DNA from: a virus
Virus record (IMG/VR): IMGVR_UViG_3300025039_000014
Location: 1 to 64,000 of that record
Direction: 5' to 3' (one strand)
DNA length: 64,000 nucleotides
Of this stretch, positions 31,024-41,496 are shown piece by piece. The translations under genes were made by a program, and so were the position numbers. Position 1 is the stretch's first letter; each line of letters begins with the position of its first letter. A model generated the notes under the pieces. It was not told where the DNA came from and did no database searches. It saw nothing but the letters and a program-made list of their open reading frames with translations.

Positions 31024-32300
31024 TCGGCATCGCAGACTGCAACAACTTCTACTGCTCGTGCGAAAGGGTATTTGACCCCTCGCTGCGCGGCCGGCCCGTT
31101 GGTGTCCTCTCGAATAACGATGGTTGTGTCGTTGCTCGGTCGAATGAGCTCAAAGCGCTGGGGGTGCCGATGGGCGCACCGGCGTTTCAGTTGCGTGATC
31201 AGGTTCGTCGCGGCGAGATCGTGCTGAAATCGTCCAACTACGAGCTCTATGGGGATCTCAGCCAGCGGGTGCAGACGATCCTCGCCGATCACTCGGCTGG
31301 GATAGAGCCGTATTCAATCGACGAATGTTTCCTGATGCTGGACGGCTTCGCCCCGGAAACCCTGGAAAGGCACTGTATTGACTTGAAGGCGCAAGTTCGC
31401 CAATGGACCGGCATTCCGATCTCCATCGGGGTGGCGCCAAGCCGGACCCTAGCCAAACTCGCCAACCGCCTGTCCAAGAAGATTGCCGCATTCGAGGGTG
31501 TCTGCGTGCTGGAGAAAGACAGCCAGGCGCTCAAGCAGGTTCTCGAGCGCACCGATCTCGATGATATCTGGGGCATCGCCCGCCGACAGCGCGACAAGCT
31601 CCACCGCATCAACGTGTTCAACGCCCTCGATCTGGCCCGCGTCGACCTGAAAACGATCCAGCGCCAATTCGGGGTGGTAATGGAAAGGACCGTGCTGGAG
31701 CTGCGCGGGATTCCGGCGATCGAGATGAATGACCACGACGAGCCGAAACAGCGGATCATGACCTCGAGGTCGTTCGGGCAATCGACGAGTGACAGGGGTG
31801 AAGTCGCCGCGGCGCTCACGAAGCATGGCCAGCGCGGTGCCGAGAAACTGAGACAGCAAGAGAGCACGGCGCGGGCGGTGATGGTGTTCATTCAGACCGA
31901 TCGTTTCCGCCAAGACCTGCCGCAGTATTCGCAGAGCACGGTGATCGGTCTCGACCGGCCATCCTGCGACTCGCGGGTGATCCTGGCCGCCGTGAAGATA
32001 GGGTTCAATTCGATCTGGCGGGACGGCTATCGCTACAAGAAGGCTGGCGTGATGATGCTCGATCTGCGCGATACCAACCGGGCACAGCTATCGCTGCTGG
32101 ACGAGTCGGAACACGCCACACGCGACGAGAAATCCCAGCGGCTGATGTCGACGCTGGACGAGCTCAACCAGAAGATGGGGCGCGGAACAGTCAATTTCGG
32201 TCTCCCCTCGAAGAACGCGCCATGGAAACTCAAGGCTGACAGTCGATCGCCGAGATGGACGACGCGCTGGGACGAGATACCCCGCGTGCGGGCAGGATGA
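31020..32300 (+). CDS. umuC: DNA polymerase V subunit UmuC
   Basis: [30 protein letters not shown]. Confidence 0.95.
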   Translation: MIGIADCNNFYCSCERVFDPSLRGRPVGVLSNNDGCVVARSNELKALGVPMGAPAFQLRDQVRRGEIVLKSSNYELYGDLSQRVQTILADHSAGIEPYSIDECFLMLDGFAPETLERHCIDLKAQVRQWTGIPISIGVAPSRTLAKLANRLSKKIAAFEGVCVLEKDSQALKQVLERTDLDDIWGIARRQRDKLHRINVFNALDLARVDLKTIQRQFGVVMERTVLELRGIPAIEMNDHDEPKQRIMTSRSFGQSTSDRGEVAAALTKHGQRGAEKLRQQESTARAVMVFIQTDRFRQDLPQYSQSTVIGLDRPSCDSRVILAAVKIGFNSIWRDGYRYKKAGVMMLDLRDTNRAQLSLLDESEHATRDEKSQRLMSTLDELNQKMGRGTVNFGLPSKNAPWKLKADSRSPRWTTRWDEIPRVRAG

Positions 32301-32324
32301 CACCACGATCCAGTGCGCTATACT

Positions 32325-32342
32325 TAGCTAAGCACTTAGCTA
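32325..32342. promoter_or_regulatory. TA autoregulatory operator
   Basis: perfect palindrome TAGCTAAG-CA-CTTAGCTA between TATACT and the RBS. Confidence 0.7.
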
Positions 32343-32354
32343 GGAGGCCATTCC

Positions 32355-32615
32355 ATGAACTATAACGTCCACGACGCCAAGTCGCAGCTATCCAAGTTGA
32401 TCGAGCAGGCACTGGCTGGCGAGGAAGTGATCATTGCCCGTCGCGGCAAGCCGGCAGTGAAGCTCGTGGCCTGCGAGCCGAAGGGTATCGATTCGATCTG
32501 GGGCGCGCTAAAGGGGGCAGCGCTGGAACCCGGATGGGACGCCCCGATGACCGAGGAAGAGCTGGCCGATTGGTATGAGGGTCAGGATGAGACGCTGCCG
32601 GAGAACGCACGATGA
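32355..32615 (+). CDS. Phd/YefM-family antitoxin
   Basis: NVHDAKSQLSKLIE..GEEVIIARRGKPAVKL. Confidence 0.9.
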   Translation: MNYNVHDAKSQLSKLIEQALAGEEVIIARRGKPAVKLVACEPKGIDSIWGALKGAALEPGWDAPMTEEELADWYEGQDETLPENAR

Positions 32616-33019
32616 ACCTGCTGCTCGATACCAACATCATCATCGGCATCTTGGAAGGCGATTCACGATTGATCCCACCGGCGGCCAGGGAGATTCTGTC
32701 AAATGCAACTCTCCACTACAGCGTAGCGGTGATCTGGGAGGTCTCGATCAAGCATTCGACCGGCAAGTTGGCCATCTCGCCGATGCAGATGTTCGACATG
32801 GTCAAGCGGGTCGGCATGATCGAAAAGCCAATCGCCACCTCTCACACTCTGATCGTCTCCACACTGAATCCGATCCACCGTGACCCGTTCGATCGCATTC
32901 AGATCGCTCAGGCGATCGGCGAACGACTGACCCTGGTCACAGCCGATAATCTGCTGCCCCGCTACGACAGCACCGGAAACGTCGTCAGGCACATTTCTTC
33001 TGTAGCCAGTAAGTCATAG
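32612..33019 (+). CDS. vapC: VapC/PIN-domain toxin
   Basis: LLDTN, WE..IK, HRDPFDR, LVTAD. Confidence 0.9.
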   Translation: MNLLLDTNIIIGILEGDSRLIPPAAREILSNATLHYSVAVIWEVSIKHSTGKLAISPMQMFDMVKRVGMIEKPIATSHTLIVSTLNPIHRDPFDRIQIAQAIGERLTLVTADNLLPRYDSTGNVVRHISSVASKS

Positions 33020-33031
33020 CTTACTTATACT
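33003..33031 (+). promoter_or_regulatory. promoter with operator in the spacer
   Basis: TAGCCA-GTAAGTCATAGCTTACT-TATACT. Confidence 0.7.
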
Positions 33032-33114
33032 AACGATGAGCGCAGGGGCCATGAGCCCCTGTTTATTTGCGCTGACAATGAAAACTCCAAGTCGCAACGC
33101 ACATCGAGAACACC

Positions 33115-33876
33115 ATGCACAACATTCCCGTCCGTCTCGTCTATGAAGGGCTCGCGACATCGTTCGTCGAATCCCCGGACCTGATCGCCGTGCCCGTCAG
33201 TCCGATGGTTCGCCATCGTGAGCTGCGCTATGCCATCCTCGACCTGAACACCTGGCCCAGTGCAATCGACACTCGCGATCGAGCGACGGCCGTCGACAAC
33301 GCGATTCGCAACCTGGGTGACCACCCGTTCCTCGAACTGGCCCCGGAAGATCCGCCCGAGCAGTGGAACATCCGACAGCATCCGAGCATCTCCGGAATGT
33401 GGCTCGTCATCGACGACGAAATCGACATCGTCTCAAGCTGGCCTTACCGCGAACAGGCAGTCTACGCCGCATGGTCCAAGGCTTATAGCAAGTGGAGTGA
33501 GACCGAGCACCACGCTCTGTTCCGCATCACCCTCGACGCGCCGCCGGGTTACCTCGTGTCTTTGAGTGCCATGACACGGGAGCCATGGATCGTTCATGTT
33601 GCTTCTGAAATGTTGCGACAAACGCACCCTAACGAGCTCGCCGCCAAGGCCGCCGCTTGGCAGGACTACCTGGCCAACGCCAAGTCCCGCGACACCGGCT
33701 TCGAGGCTGGCAACATCGAGGATGCCAACGAGTGTGGCAACTGGTGCGCTGGCATCCGTCAGGTCTACGAGACTTGGGTCTGGGAGAACCAGATCGAGGT
33801 TTACGGCAAGTCCGAGGCTGAAGCCACCGAGCTGCGCGACCGGATTCTGGCGTTCCTGCAAGGAGCGTCACGATGA
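33115..33876 (+). CDS. hypothetical protein
   Basis: 253 aa ORF with repeated H/Y....A..AAW. Confidence 0.7.
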   Translation: MHNIPVRLVYEGLATSFVESPDLIAVPVSPMVRHRELRYAILDLNTWPSAIDTRDRATAVDNAIRNLGDHPFLELAPEDPPEQWNIRQHPSISGMWLVIDDEIDIVSSWPYREQAVYAAWSKAYSKWSETEHHALFRITLDAPPGYLVSLSAMTREPWIVHVASEMLRQTHPNELAAKAAAWQDYLANAKSRDTGFEAGNIEDANECGNWCAGIRQVYETWVWENQIEVYGKSEAEATELRDRILAFLQGASR

Positions 33877-34268
33877 CCGCACACGTTCACGCCGAATCGA
33901 TGGCGCAATATGCCGAGGACGCCCGCGAGACGGAAAAACCGTGGGAGCGGTGGGAGATAGAGATTGGCAAGGAGTGGTGGCCGCTAAGCAAAATGGCGGA
34001 ATGGCACCCGCAGTTCAAATACCGCCGCAAGCCGCGCACGATCAATATCAACGGACATGAGGTGCCCGAGCCACTACGCGAGGAACCGGCGAACGGCCAG
34101 TCGCTATATAGCCCCGCCTTTTTCAATAGCGAATCCTTCCAGGTTACATACTGGCACGCAACGCGAGTCCAGCAAGATTGGCTGAGTCAAGGGCTGTTTC
34201 ACCTCACCCGCGAAGCCGCCGAGCTGCACGCCAAAGCGCTGTTGTCGTTCACCAAATCGGGCGACTGA
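33873..34268 (+). CDS. hypothetical phage protein
   Basis: HVHAE.M.QYA...YRRKPRTI.ING.EVPEP pattern common in phages. Confidence 0.75.
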   Translation: MTAHVHAESMAQYAEDARETEKPWERWEIEIGKEWWPLSKMAEWHPQFKYRRKPRTININGHEVPEPLREEPANGQSLYSPAFFNSESFQVTYWHATRVQQDWLSQGLFHLTREAAELHAKALLSFTKSGD

Positions 34269-34271
34269 CCA

Positions 34272-34529
34272 ATGACTAACTTCGTATGGCCCAGCGATGC
34301 CGATCGTGCAGAGAGCGACGAGCTCAATCGTGTCTGTGAACAGCTCGAACGCGTAATGGATAACAGCCAAGCGATCATCGACGCCGGTAAACGCCTGCGC
34401 GAACTGGCCGACGACCTGATGCCCGGCCTCAAATACATCGTCTTGCAGGACTACGCGCTGCTAACCGCCTTCGACGAGTGGGACCGGGCGATGCGGCCGA
34501 TGAAACAGGAAGGGGAGAACAACCAATGA
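34272..34529 (+). CDS. hypothetical protein
   Basis: tight spacing within the operon. Confidence 0.65.
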   Translation: MTNFVWPSDADRAESDELNRVCEQLERVMDNSQAIIDAGKRLRELADDLMPGLKYIVLQDYALLTAFDEWDRAMRPMKQEGENNQ

Positions 34530-34834
34530 CCGTCCAAGAACGCATGAGCATGCAACTGACCATCGTCCGCGCTGCGGTTGAAGGGTTGATCGCCGCTGGC
34601 TACCGCGTCGGCTACCACGACGGCGACACACACTGCCACGAAGGTGAGATCGTGGCGCAGCATGAGAACGGCACGTTTTTCCTGACGCACAGCAACTGGG
34701 TGGGCAAAGGCGGTGCTAGCAAGCCAGGCAGTGATGACGAGAGGCCTGCCTACCAGTCGCTGCTGGATGCGGGCTATACACATTGGTTTCCACTCTCAGC
34801 CGTCAACGATGCAGAAGGTCGCGGCGATGCTTAA
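34526..34834 (+). CDS. hypothetical protein
   Basis: GGAG RBS; ATGA coupling. Confidence 0.65.
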   Translation: MTVQERMSMQLTIVRAAVEGLIAAGYRVGYHDGDTHCHEGEIVAQHENGTFFLTHSNWVGKGGASKPGSDDERPAYQSLLDAGYTHWFPLSAVNDAEGRGDA

Positions 34835-35240
34835 CACCAACAGCCTCGCGGGCATGATGTGTCCGCACTGCAAGCAGACCAAGCGCTTCGAGATCGAGGT
34901 CAAAGCCTACGCCAGCGTCACCGATGAGGGCGTCGAGGACGTCAACAGCGGGGAGAACGAGTGGTTCAATCACACCCCGATCCGCTGCCCTGCCTGCCAC
35001 ACTCAGGGCGAGGTTGGGAGTTTCACCTACCCACGCGGATATCCCCTCAAGAGCCGCCGTCTCGAGGTCGACCACGACGAGAGAGATTGGCGTCGCGAGA
35101 CACCGGCCGGCAGCACGTTCGAGGTTGATCAGATGGTGTCGCTGACCCGCCGGGTGATCGGGTGCCCTGCCACCGGTGCCACGCTGATCTTCGAAATCAA
35201 CGACATCGACGACGGCTTCGAGGATATGACCGATGAGTGA
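34827..35240 (+). CDS. zinc-ribbon protein
   Basis: CPHC...CPAC. Confidence 0.65.
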   Translation: MLNTNSLAGMMCPHCKQTKRFEIEVKAYASVTDEGVEDVNSGENEWFNHTPIRCPACHTQGEVGSFTYPRGYPLKSRRLEVDHDERDWRRETPAGSTFEVDQMVSLTRRVIGCPATGATLIFEINDIDDGFEDMTDE

Positions 35241-35451
35241 TCCAGGCTGGTATATCCACCCGTTCGCCCCGGCCAACAGCAAGTTCCACTACTACCGCAA
35301 GGATGGTGGGTCGCTGTGCCGGAAATACACCAAGCTCGGTGGTCAGGTCGACGACGATCCGAAGTATGACCAGGACGAGGCGAACTGCGCAGTCTGTAAG
35401 CGCCGCATTGCAGACCACCGCGCCAATCGCAAGAAGGAGGCGGTCAAATGA
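35233..35451 (+). CDS. small Zn-finger-like protein
   Basis: H...SLC...CAVC. Confidence 0.65.
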   Translation: MSDPGWYIHPFAPANSKFHYYRKDGGSLCRKYTKLGGQVDDDPKYDQDEANCAVCKRRIADHRANRKKEAVK

Positions 35452-36068
35452 ATCCGCACCTGTTCGGTAGAGCTAGGGCGTTCGCGATCGCCGCCCATGA
35501 AGCGGTCGGCCAGAAGCGCAAATACACCGGCGAGCCCTACTACTTCCATCCGCTGCAAGTCGCCACGATCGTGCAGTCATTCGGGGGCACCGACGAAATG
35601 GTCGTCGCGGCGCTGCTGCATGACACGGTCGAGGACACCGACATCACGCTCGACATCATCGAGCAAGAGTTCGGCGCGACGGTGGCCAAGCTGGTCGATG
35701 AGCTGACCGACAAGTTCGTCGACCCGGCGATCGGCAACCGAGCGCACCGAAAGACCCTGGAGCGCGAGCGACTGGCGACGATCTCCAAGGAGGCGCAGAC
35801 GATCAAGCTGGCCGACCTGCTGCACAACACCAGCTCGATCGTGCGCTACGACCCCGGCTTCGCGAGAGTCTATCTGACCGAGAAGCGTGCCATCTTGGGA
35901 GGTATGAGACAGGGCAACAAAGCACTCGGCCAGGCGGTGCTGAACCAGCTCGTTCGCTGTGAAGCCAAGCTCAACATGACTCCGATGGCGTCTTGCGGCT
36001 GCGTCTACAGCCTGGCCAAGAACAGCCCGAGTTGCCGAGTGATCTGGCGTTGGCCGGGCATGTCGTGA
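35448..36068 (+). CDS. HD-domain hydrolase (Mesh1/SpoT HD-like)
   Basis: AH..QKRKYTGEPY..HP, AALLHDTVED, IKLAD. Confidence 0.88.
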   Translation: MNPHLFGRARAFAIAAHEAVGQKRKYTGEPYYFHPLQVATIVQSFGGTDEMVVAALLHDTVEDTDITLDIIEQEFGATVAKLVDELTDKFVDPAIGNRAHRKTLERERLATISKEAQTIKLADLLHNTSSIVRYDPGFARVYLTEKRAILGGMRQGNKALGQAVLNQLVRCEAKLNMTPMASCGCVYSLAKNSPSCRVIWRWPGMS

Positions 36069-36249
36069 CACCCTGCCGAGATCATGACTTCGGCCATAAG
36101 CGATACCAGATCGTCTCGGCACCGGAAGGCGCCGACGAGGATGAGGTGCTGGAGTCGTTCGATAGCCAGGAGGAAGCTGAACTGCGTCTCGCAGCGATGA
36201 TCAGTGACGGCGACGACTGTGAACTCTACCTCGTCGACATCGAGGACGA

Positions 36250-36438
36250 ATGATGGCCGACTACCTGCTTAACTACGAGATGGACGACGACCCGCGTCAG
36301 GAGCATGAAGTCGAGTTTGAGGCTACTGACGACGACGAGGCTGTCGAGATCGGCATGAGTAAGCTGGGCGATCCCTCCATGGTGGCTTGGTTTACCATCA
36401 CCGACCGACACGGCGAAATCATTAGAGATCAATGGTGA
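36250..36438 (+). CDS. small acidic protein
   Basis: GAGG RBS. Confidence 0.55.
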   Translation: MMADYLLNYEMDDDPRQEHEVEFEATDDDEAVEIGMSKLGDPSMVAWFTITDRHGEIIRDQW

Positions 36439-36442
36439 AACG

Positions 36443-36742
36443 ATGAACGATACCCAGATCATGAATGCTGCCCGCGAGGCGGGAATCACGACGCTACCCG
36501 AAGGGCAAACTGACGAGAAGATCATGACCTTCGCCAAGACCGTCACCGCCGCTGACAGGACGATGATCGAGCAGCTGGCCAACTATCTGGCCAAGGTCAG
36601 CCAATACCTCGATATCAATCCCGAGGAAGCACAGGAACATAGCGGCGATGTAGCCGATGTGCTGATCGAGGCGATCCATCAGAAGAACGAAGAGATAGAG
36701 CGCCTGGAGGCCGAAGTCGAACGCCTCTCCAGCATGCAGTAA
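36443..36742 (+). CDS. coiled-coil protein
   Basis: EIERLEAEVERL; terminator follows. Confidence 0.65.
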   Translation: MNDTQIMNAAREAGITTLPEGQTDEKIMTFAKTVTAADRTMIEQLANYLAKVSQYLDINPEEAQEHSGDVADVLIEAIHQKNEEIERLEAEVERLSSMQ

Positions 36743-36774
36743 TTCGAGGCCCGTTTCGGGCCTTTTCTTGGCGC

Positions 36775-36803
36775 TTGATAGTAAGTCATTACTTACTTAT
36801 AGT
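36775..36803 (+). promoter_or_regulatory. sigma70 promoter whose 17 bp spacer is the operator
   Basis: TTGATA-GTAAGTCATTACTTACT-TATAGT. Confidence 0.85.
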
Positions 36804-36877
36804 AATAACAGATCGAAGACTGCCAGCGTGATCAGAATGACAATGATTGCAGTTCCAACACACAGAGATCGACTCCA

Positions 36878-37390
36878 ATGACCATCATTGCAATCGCCAC
36901 CGGCACGCAGAAGCCCATCGAGGCTTTCATGAACGAGAACGAGCGCCTTCGCGCTGAGCTCGGCATGGTGCTCAACGACAAGTTCAGTGCCGATCAGTCT
37001 CTCGACGAGATGATGGGCCGTTACCTCGACGACATGCAGCGCCTCAAAGACGCCGAGAAGCGCGTCGCCGAACTCGAGCAGGCTAACGCTGAGCTGTCGG
37101 CACAACTCGCCGCTACCACCGAACTCAAGGCCGAAGTCGAATCCTCCCTGGATTTCGCCGAGACCTTCCTCGACAAGCTGCGAGCCTATGTCGTCAAGGC
37201 AATCATCGAAGAAAGCCAGAGCAGCAACCCCGGTTCCAAGCCACCATCCATTGCGATCACTCCCAACTTCACGACTGATCTGACGGTCGCTCAGTTCATG
37301 GCGGAAAACGCCATGAACAAGGTTCGCGATGTGCATCGGGCTAACGCTCACCCCATCAACATCATCGCCGCCAGGATCAGACTGAAATGA
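36878..37390 (+). CDS. coiled-coil hypothetical protein
   Basis: 170 aa ORF downstream of the promoter. Confidence 0.7.
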   Translation: MTIIAIATGTQKPIEAFMNENERLRAELGMVLNDKFSADQSLDEMMGRYLDDMQRLKDAEKRVAELEQANAELSAQLAATTELKAEVESSLDFAETFLDKLRAYVVKAIIEESQSSNPGSKPPSIAITPNFTTDLTVAQFMAENAMNKVRDVHRANAHPINIIAARIRLK

Positions 37391-37565
37391 CCCTTCAAGA
37401 CCTCGGAACGCCACTTCGTCGCCAGGATTTCTATGCCAGCACCGCCACGCCGACCAGCGGGCTCCGACAGTGGCTGGACAGACTCCGCCGCTTCGTCAGC
37501 CGCTTCAAATGACTAGAGGGCGCCCTGAGCGCCCTTCTTTCTGCCTTCTCATCGAGAACAACACC

Positions 37566-38075
37566 ATGAAGATCATCGTCATCGCTGCCGCCGGGATGAA
37601 CAACGAGATCGGCCGGAACAACCAGCTGCTTTGGAAGATCCCCGAAGACATGAAGCACTTTCGCGAGACCACCCTGTGTCACGCGGTGCTGATGGGACGC
37701 AAGACCTACGAGTCGATCGGCCAGGCGCTCCCTAACCGTCACAACTACATCATGAGCCGGTCGATCGAAGAGGAATCCGGAATCTTTGGCGGTGAGAGCT
37801 ACAACCTCGTCGGCTCGCTGCCGGTGGCCGTGGATAACGCCAAGCGCTCCGGTTATCAGAAGCTGTTCGTGATCGGCGGTGGCGAGATTTACGACAGCGT
37901 AATCCGCAACGGTCTGGCCCACGAAATCATCCTGACGCGGATCGCGAAGACCGCCGAGGACGCCGATGCCTTCTTCCCCGAGATCGGTGCGTCGACGCTG
38001 TATCAGGAAACACACCTGCGCCCGCTGAATGACTATGCGGACGTTTACACCTACACCCGCACTGACCTGATCTGA
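37566..38075 (+). CDS. folA: dihydrofolate reductase
   Basis: IG.NNQLLWKIPEDMKHF, MGRKTYESIG..LPNR, IGGGEIY, DAFFP. Confidence 0.93.
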   Translation: MKIIVIAAAGMNNEIGRNNQLLWKIPEDMKHFRETTLCHAVLMGRKTYESIGQALPNRHNYIMSRSIEEESGIFGGESYNLVGSLPVAVDNAKRSGYQKLFVIGGGEIYDSVIRNGLAHEIILTRIAKTAEDADAFFPEIGASTLYQETHLRPLNDYADVYTYTRTDLI

Positions 38076-38082
38076 GGTGACT

Positions 38083-38679
38083 ATGGATCGCATCGGACTG
38101 AGTGGCCCGCACAAGTCGGGCAAGACGACACTGGCGAAAGCCTATGCCCGTCGCTGGAATCTTGACTACGTCGACATGAACATTCGGGGCGTGCTCAAGT
38201 CGTTCGGCGTCTCGCCCAACGAAGAGCTGAACTTCCCTCGGCGTCTCGAGATTCAGGAAAACCTGGTCAGTCACTTTCACAACATGCTGAGCTACCGGAA
38301 CCGCTCCTACATCACCGACCGGACCTACATGGACATCGCGGCGATGACGCTGTCGTTCATGCCCCACACGATCACCGCGCTGGAGGGTGAATCGGTCGCC
38401 GCTCATCTCAATCGCTGCTATGACGGCCAGAGTCAGCTGTTCAACAACCTGATCGTGATGGGTAACGCCTTCGAGCCGCCGGTCGACACGTCCAATCCTC
38501 ACAAGGCGACCTACAACTGGGCCTGGAACTTCCAGATCGAGGCGCTGATCAAGGGGCTGGTGCTGAACCAGCATAACCATTGCATCACCAATTTCCTGAC
38601 CGACAAATACGACACCGTCGAGAAGCGCCTGGAGCGATTGGATTCGCTGCTGGAGCGCGACACGTCGGTGACGCACTGA
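38083..38679 (+). CDS. P-loop nucleotide kinase-like protein
   Basis: GPHKSGKTTLA, ITDR. Confidence 0.75.
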   Translation: MDRIGLSGPHKSGKTTLAKAYARRWNLDYVDMNIRGVLKSFGVSPNEELNFPRRLEIQENLVSHFHNMLSYRNRSYITDRTYMDIAAMTLSFMPHTITALEGESVAAHLNRCYDGQSQLFNNLIVMGNAFEPPVDTSNPHKATYNWAWNFQIEALIKGLVLNQHNHCITNFLTDKYDTVEKRLERLDSLLERDTSVTH

Positions 38680-38689
38680 GGACACAGAG

Positions 38690-39037
38690 ATGATCATCAG
38701 AGGGAAGAACCCTACCCGCGTCATCGTGGATGGGCGCGACTTCGTGGGGCGCAACGTCACCATCAATGGCGATCGCGTGATCGTCGACGGTGTCACCCAG
38801 CCCGGTTCGCTCGTCAACCTGGTGCAAGTGGTCGTTCACGGCGATTGCGAGATGGCCGAAGTCACACGGGGCCACATCACGATCAACGGTAATGCTGGCC
38901 GGGTGAAGACAGCATCGGGCGATGTCGAGATCACCGGCAATGTCACCGGCAATGTCGAGACGATGTCAGGCGATGTTCAGGCGATGTCCATCCACGGCAG
39001 CACACGAACGATGTCGGGCGACATCATCCGGGGCTGA
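38690..39037 (+). CDS. beta-repeat protein (T.SGDV repeats)
   Basis: TASGDV, TMSGDV, TMSGDI. Confidence 0.7.
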   Translation: MIIRGKNPTRVIVDGRDFVGRNVTINGDRVIVDGVTQPGSLVNLVQVVVHGDCEMAEVTRGHITINGNAGRVKTASGDVEITGNVTGNVETMSGDVQAMSIHGSTRTMSGDIIRG

Positions 39038-39092
39038 GCTTGCCATCGTGCGCTGCGAGACACTGAAAGCAGCGCGTTATTGGAGACATCAC

Positions 39093-39545
39093 ATGCACCC
39101 GGCACACGAGATACCCACCAAAGCCGAAGAGCTGGATCGCAAATCGATGACCGAACTGAGCCGCATCGTTCACCTCTACGAAACCCATCAGATCACCCAT
39201 CGCGAGATGAACCTGATGCTCGACACGCTGTGGTCGTGCGTCTCGGGTCTCGTTAGCGAGGAATGGCGCGAGATGATCGAGGCCGCCCGGCGAGTAGCGA
39301 ACACCCAGGCGCCCTGGAACCTGGTGATGATGCGCCCGGCCGCGAAACCCGGTGGTCTTGGGCTGTTCGTGCTGGCCAAGCGCGGCCAGGAAGAGATCGA
39401 CATGAGCATCTATGCCGGCGACGGCAAGCTGATGCAGAAATCACACTTGCCCTTCACGGATCGGGAAGTTCCCTCCGTGGCGACTTCCGAGAACTTCGAA
39501 CGGCTCCAGAAGAGCCTGACTGACAAGGGATATCAGACCACATGA
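39093..39545 (+). CDS. hypothetical protein
   Basis: GGAG RBS. Confidence 0.7.
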   Translation: MHPAHEIPTKAEELDRKSMTELSRIVHLYETHQITHREMNLMLDTLWSCVSGLVSEEWREMIEAARRVANTQAPWNLVMMRPAAKPGGLGLFVLAKRGQEEIDMSIYAGDGKLMQKSHLPFTDREVPSVATSENFERLQKSLTDKGYQTT

Positions 39546-40120
39546 CAATCTGCACCGGGATCGACCTGGAGACCACCGGCCTCTCCGCAGAGAAGGGTCA
39601 TCGCATCATCGAGATCGCGGCGACGATGCACGACTTCCACACTGGCAAGATGCTGGGAAAATGGGTCAAGCGGATCAATCCGAAGCGCGCCATCGATCCG
39701 AAGGCTCAGGCCGTTCACAAGATCAGCCTGGAAGACCTCAAGGACGAGCCATTGTGGGAAGACGTGGCGCCTTCGCTAGTCAAGCTGATCCAGCGCTCCG
39801 ACATTCTGGTCGCTCACAACGGTATGGGGTTTGATTATCCCTTCATCCTGCATGAATTGGACCGCGTCGGACTGGCCATGCCCGACGTCGAGCTCTTCGA
39901 CACCATGCTCGGCTGCTACTGGGCAACGCCGGATGGCAAGCCACCCAGTCTGCGCGAGCTGGCGCACTCGCTCGGCTACATCTACGACGAGAGCCAGGCT
40001 CACGGTGCTCTCTACGACACGGCGCTGATGATGCAGTGTTTCTTCCGGGCACGGCGTGAGTATCCGGGTTTCATCACGACGCGGTTCGATGAGAAGTCGG
40101 AGGTGACGCATGTCGTCTGA
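39542..40120 (+). CDS. DEDDh 3'-5' exonuclease (DnaQ-like)
   Basis: DLETTG, AHN..FD, HGALYD. Confidence 0.9.
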   Translation: MTICTGIDLETTGLSAEKGHRIIEIAATMHDFHTGKMLGKWVKRINPKRAIDPKAQAVHKISLEDLKDEPLWEDVAPSLVKLIQRSDILVAHNGMGFDYPFILHELDRVGLAMPDVELFDTMLGCYWATPDGKPPSLRELAHSLGYIYDESQAHGALYDTALMMQCFFRARREYPGFITTRFDEKSEVTHVV

Positions 40121-40442
40121 TCATGACTTCCGCATGCTAGCCTTCCGTGTTTGTGCCGACGAGCGCGACTATCTCAAGTCGATTCGCTGGCTGTTCTGGC
40201 TGATCCTGAATCTGCCGTTGATCGCGATCGAGGCGATGGTCTTTTCCTGGAGGGTGTCGACCTCTCGCCGCATGTTCCGAGGTATCGCCCTGCCAGGCGC
40301 CCTGATGTTCTTCGGTCTCGTCACCATGGCCGTCGTGTCATTCATGCTCGCCGACATCGTGTTCAATGCACTGAATGGTCGACTCACCAATATCTGCTTC
40401 AAGACCGGCACACTGGAGGACATCGGCCTGCCACGAGAATGA
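40110..40442 (+). CDS. membrane protein
   Basis: two hydrophobic segments; GGAGG RBS. Confidence 0.6.
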   Translation: MSSDHDFRMLAFRVCADERDYLKSIRWLFWLILNLPLIAIEAMVFSWRVSTSRRMFRGIALPGALMFFGLVTMAVVSFMLADIVFNALNGRLTNICFKTGTLEDIGLPRE

Positions 40443-40549
40443 GAAAGTTCAGTCTAGCCCCGCGATTCAGCGATCCAACGCCAGCGCTCGTGCTCTGACA
40501 ATGGAATTGTAGCGAACACACTGCAAACCCAACGATCGGAGTTACCCTC

Positions 40550-41401
40550 ATGAAGAACCAGAAAGCCCAACAGGACGAACTGGACCAGGTGCTGAGCGGG
40601 ATGGACGCGCTGGATGACCTGGACGCGCTGGATTTCGAAGTCGAGGAAGTCACCGCCTCCGCCAACGATGAGCAGCAGGAAGTGGCTCATGCCGAGGACA
40701 TCGTGCTGGAAGATGACGATGTTGCCGCCGAGCTCGAAGTGGAAGTCGAAGCCGCCGCTCAAGAGTCCGACGACGAGCCGGAAATCGACGACACGATCGA
40801 GGCTGAGATCAAGGCAGCGGAGCGCGAGCGCAAGCTGAAAGAAGCGACCATGAGCGAGGACGAGGTCGAAGCCGCCCAGGCCAAGTCTGCCAAGACCGGC
40901 AAGGCCGGCAAGAAGTCGCGTGCTCCAGTAACCGCTGCCCCCCGCGAGCCGAGCGAAGCCATCGATGTCGCTGCGCTGATCGCGTCCAAAGTGCAGCCGA
41001 CGATGAGTCACTGGAAGATGATACCGGGCATGGACGAGGAAACGGCCGAACTCTTCAAGGCGGAACTCGAGGCACAGTTCGAGGCACTGCCCAAGAAGAC
41101 TCGCGAGAAAGCCGTGAACCTGATGGATTGGTTCGTCCGCGGCCGCTCGCTCTCCGTCTTCGTCGGTATCGCCTTCGACGTGCTATCCAGCCAGGGCGAG
41201 ATCACGCCGGCGGACCTGCGCAATCGCTATCAGTCGAATCCGGGCAAGTCGTATACCCAGGGCACGGCCAATGCGCAGACCGGCCAGGTGATGCAGATTC
41301 TGCGCACCTTCCAGATCATCGACAGCGACGGCAAGATCAACGAAAAGCACGCCATGATCAGCGCGTTCAAGGAGCGCGAGGTGGAAGACAAGGTCGCATG
41401 A
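40550..41401 (+). CDS. protein with acidic N-terminus and wHTH-like C-terminus
   Basis: D/E-rich first ~100 aa. Confidence 0.75.
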   Translation: MKNQKAQQDELDQVLSGMDALDDLDALDFEVEEVTASANDEQQEVAHAEDIVLEDDDVAAELEVEVEAAAQESDDEPEIDDTIEAEIKAAERERKLKEATMSEDEVEAAQAKSAKTGKAGKKSRAPVTAAPREPSEAIDVAALIASKVQPTMSHWKMIPGMDEETAELFKAELEAQFEALPKKTREKAVNLMDWFVRGRSLSVFVGIAFDVLSSQGEITPADLRNRYQSNPGKSYTQGTANAQTGQVMQILRTFQIIDSDGKINEKHAMISAFKEREVEDKVA

Positions 41402-41496
41402 CCCAGTCATCAATAGGTCGCGGGGTCGCGTGCCCCGCTTCCTTCTAGGTCTTCGATGAGGGTCTAGCGGGAAGAGAGAGGTAGCTGTGTGTGCGC

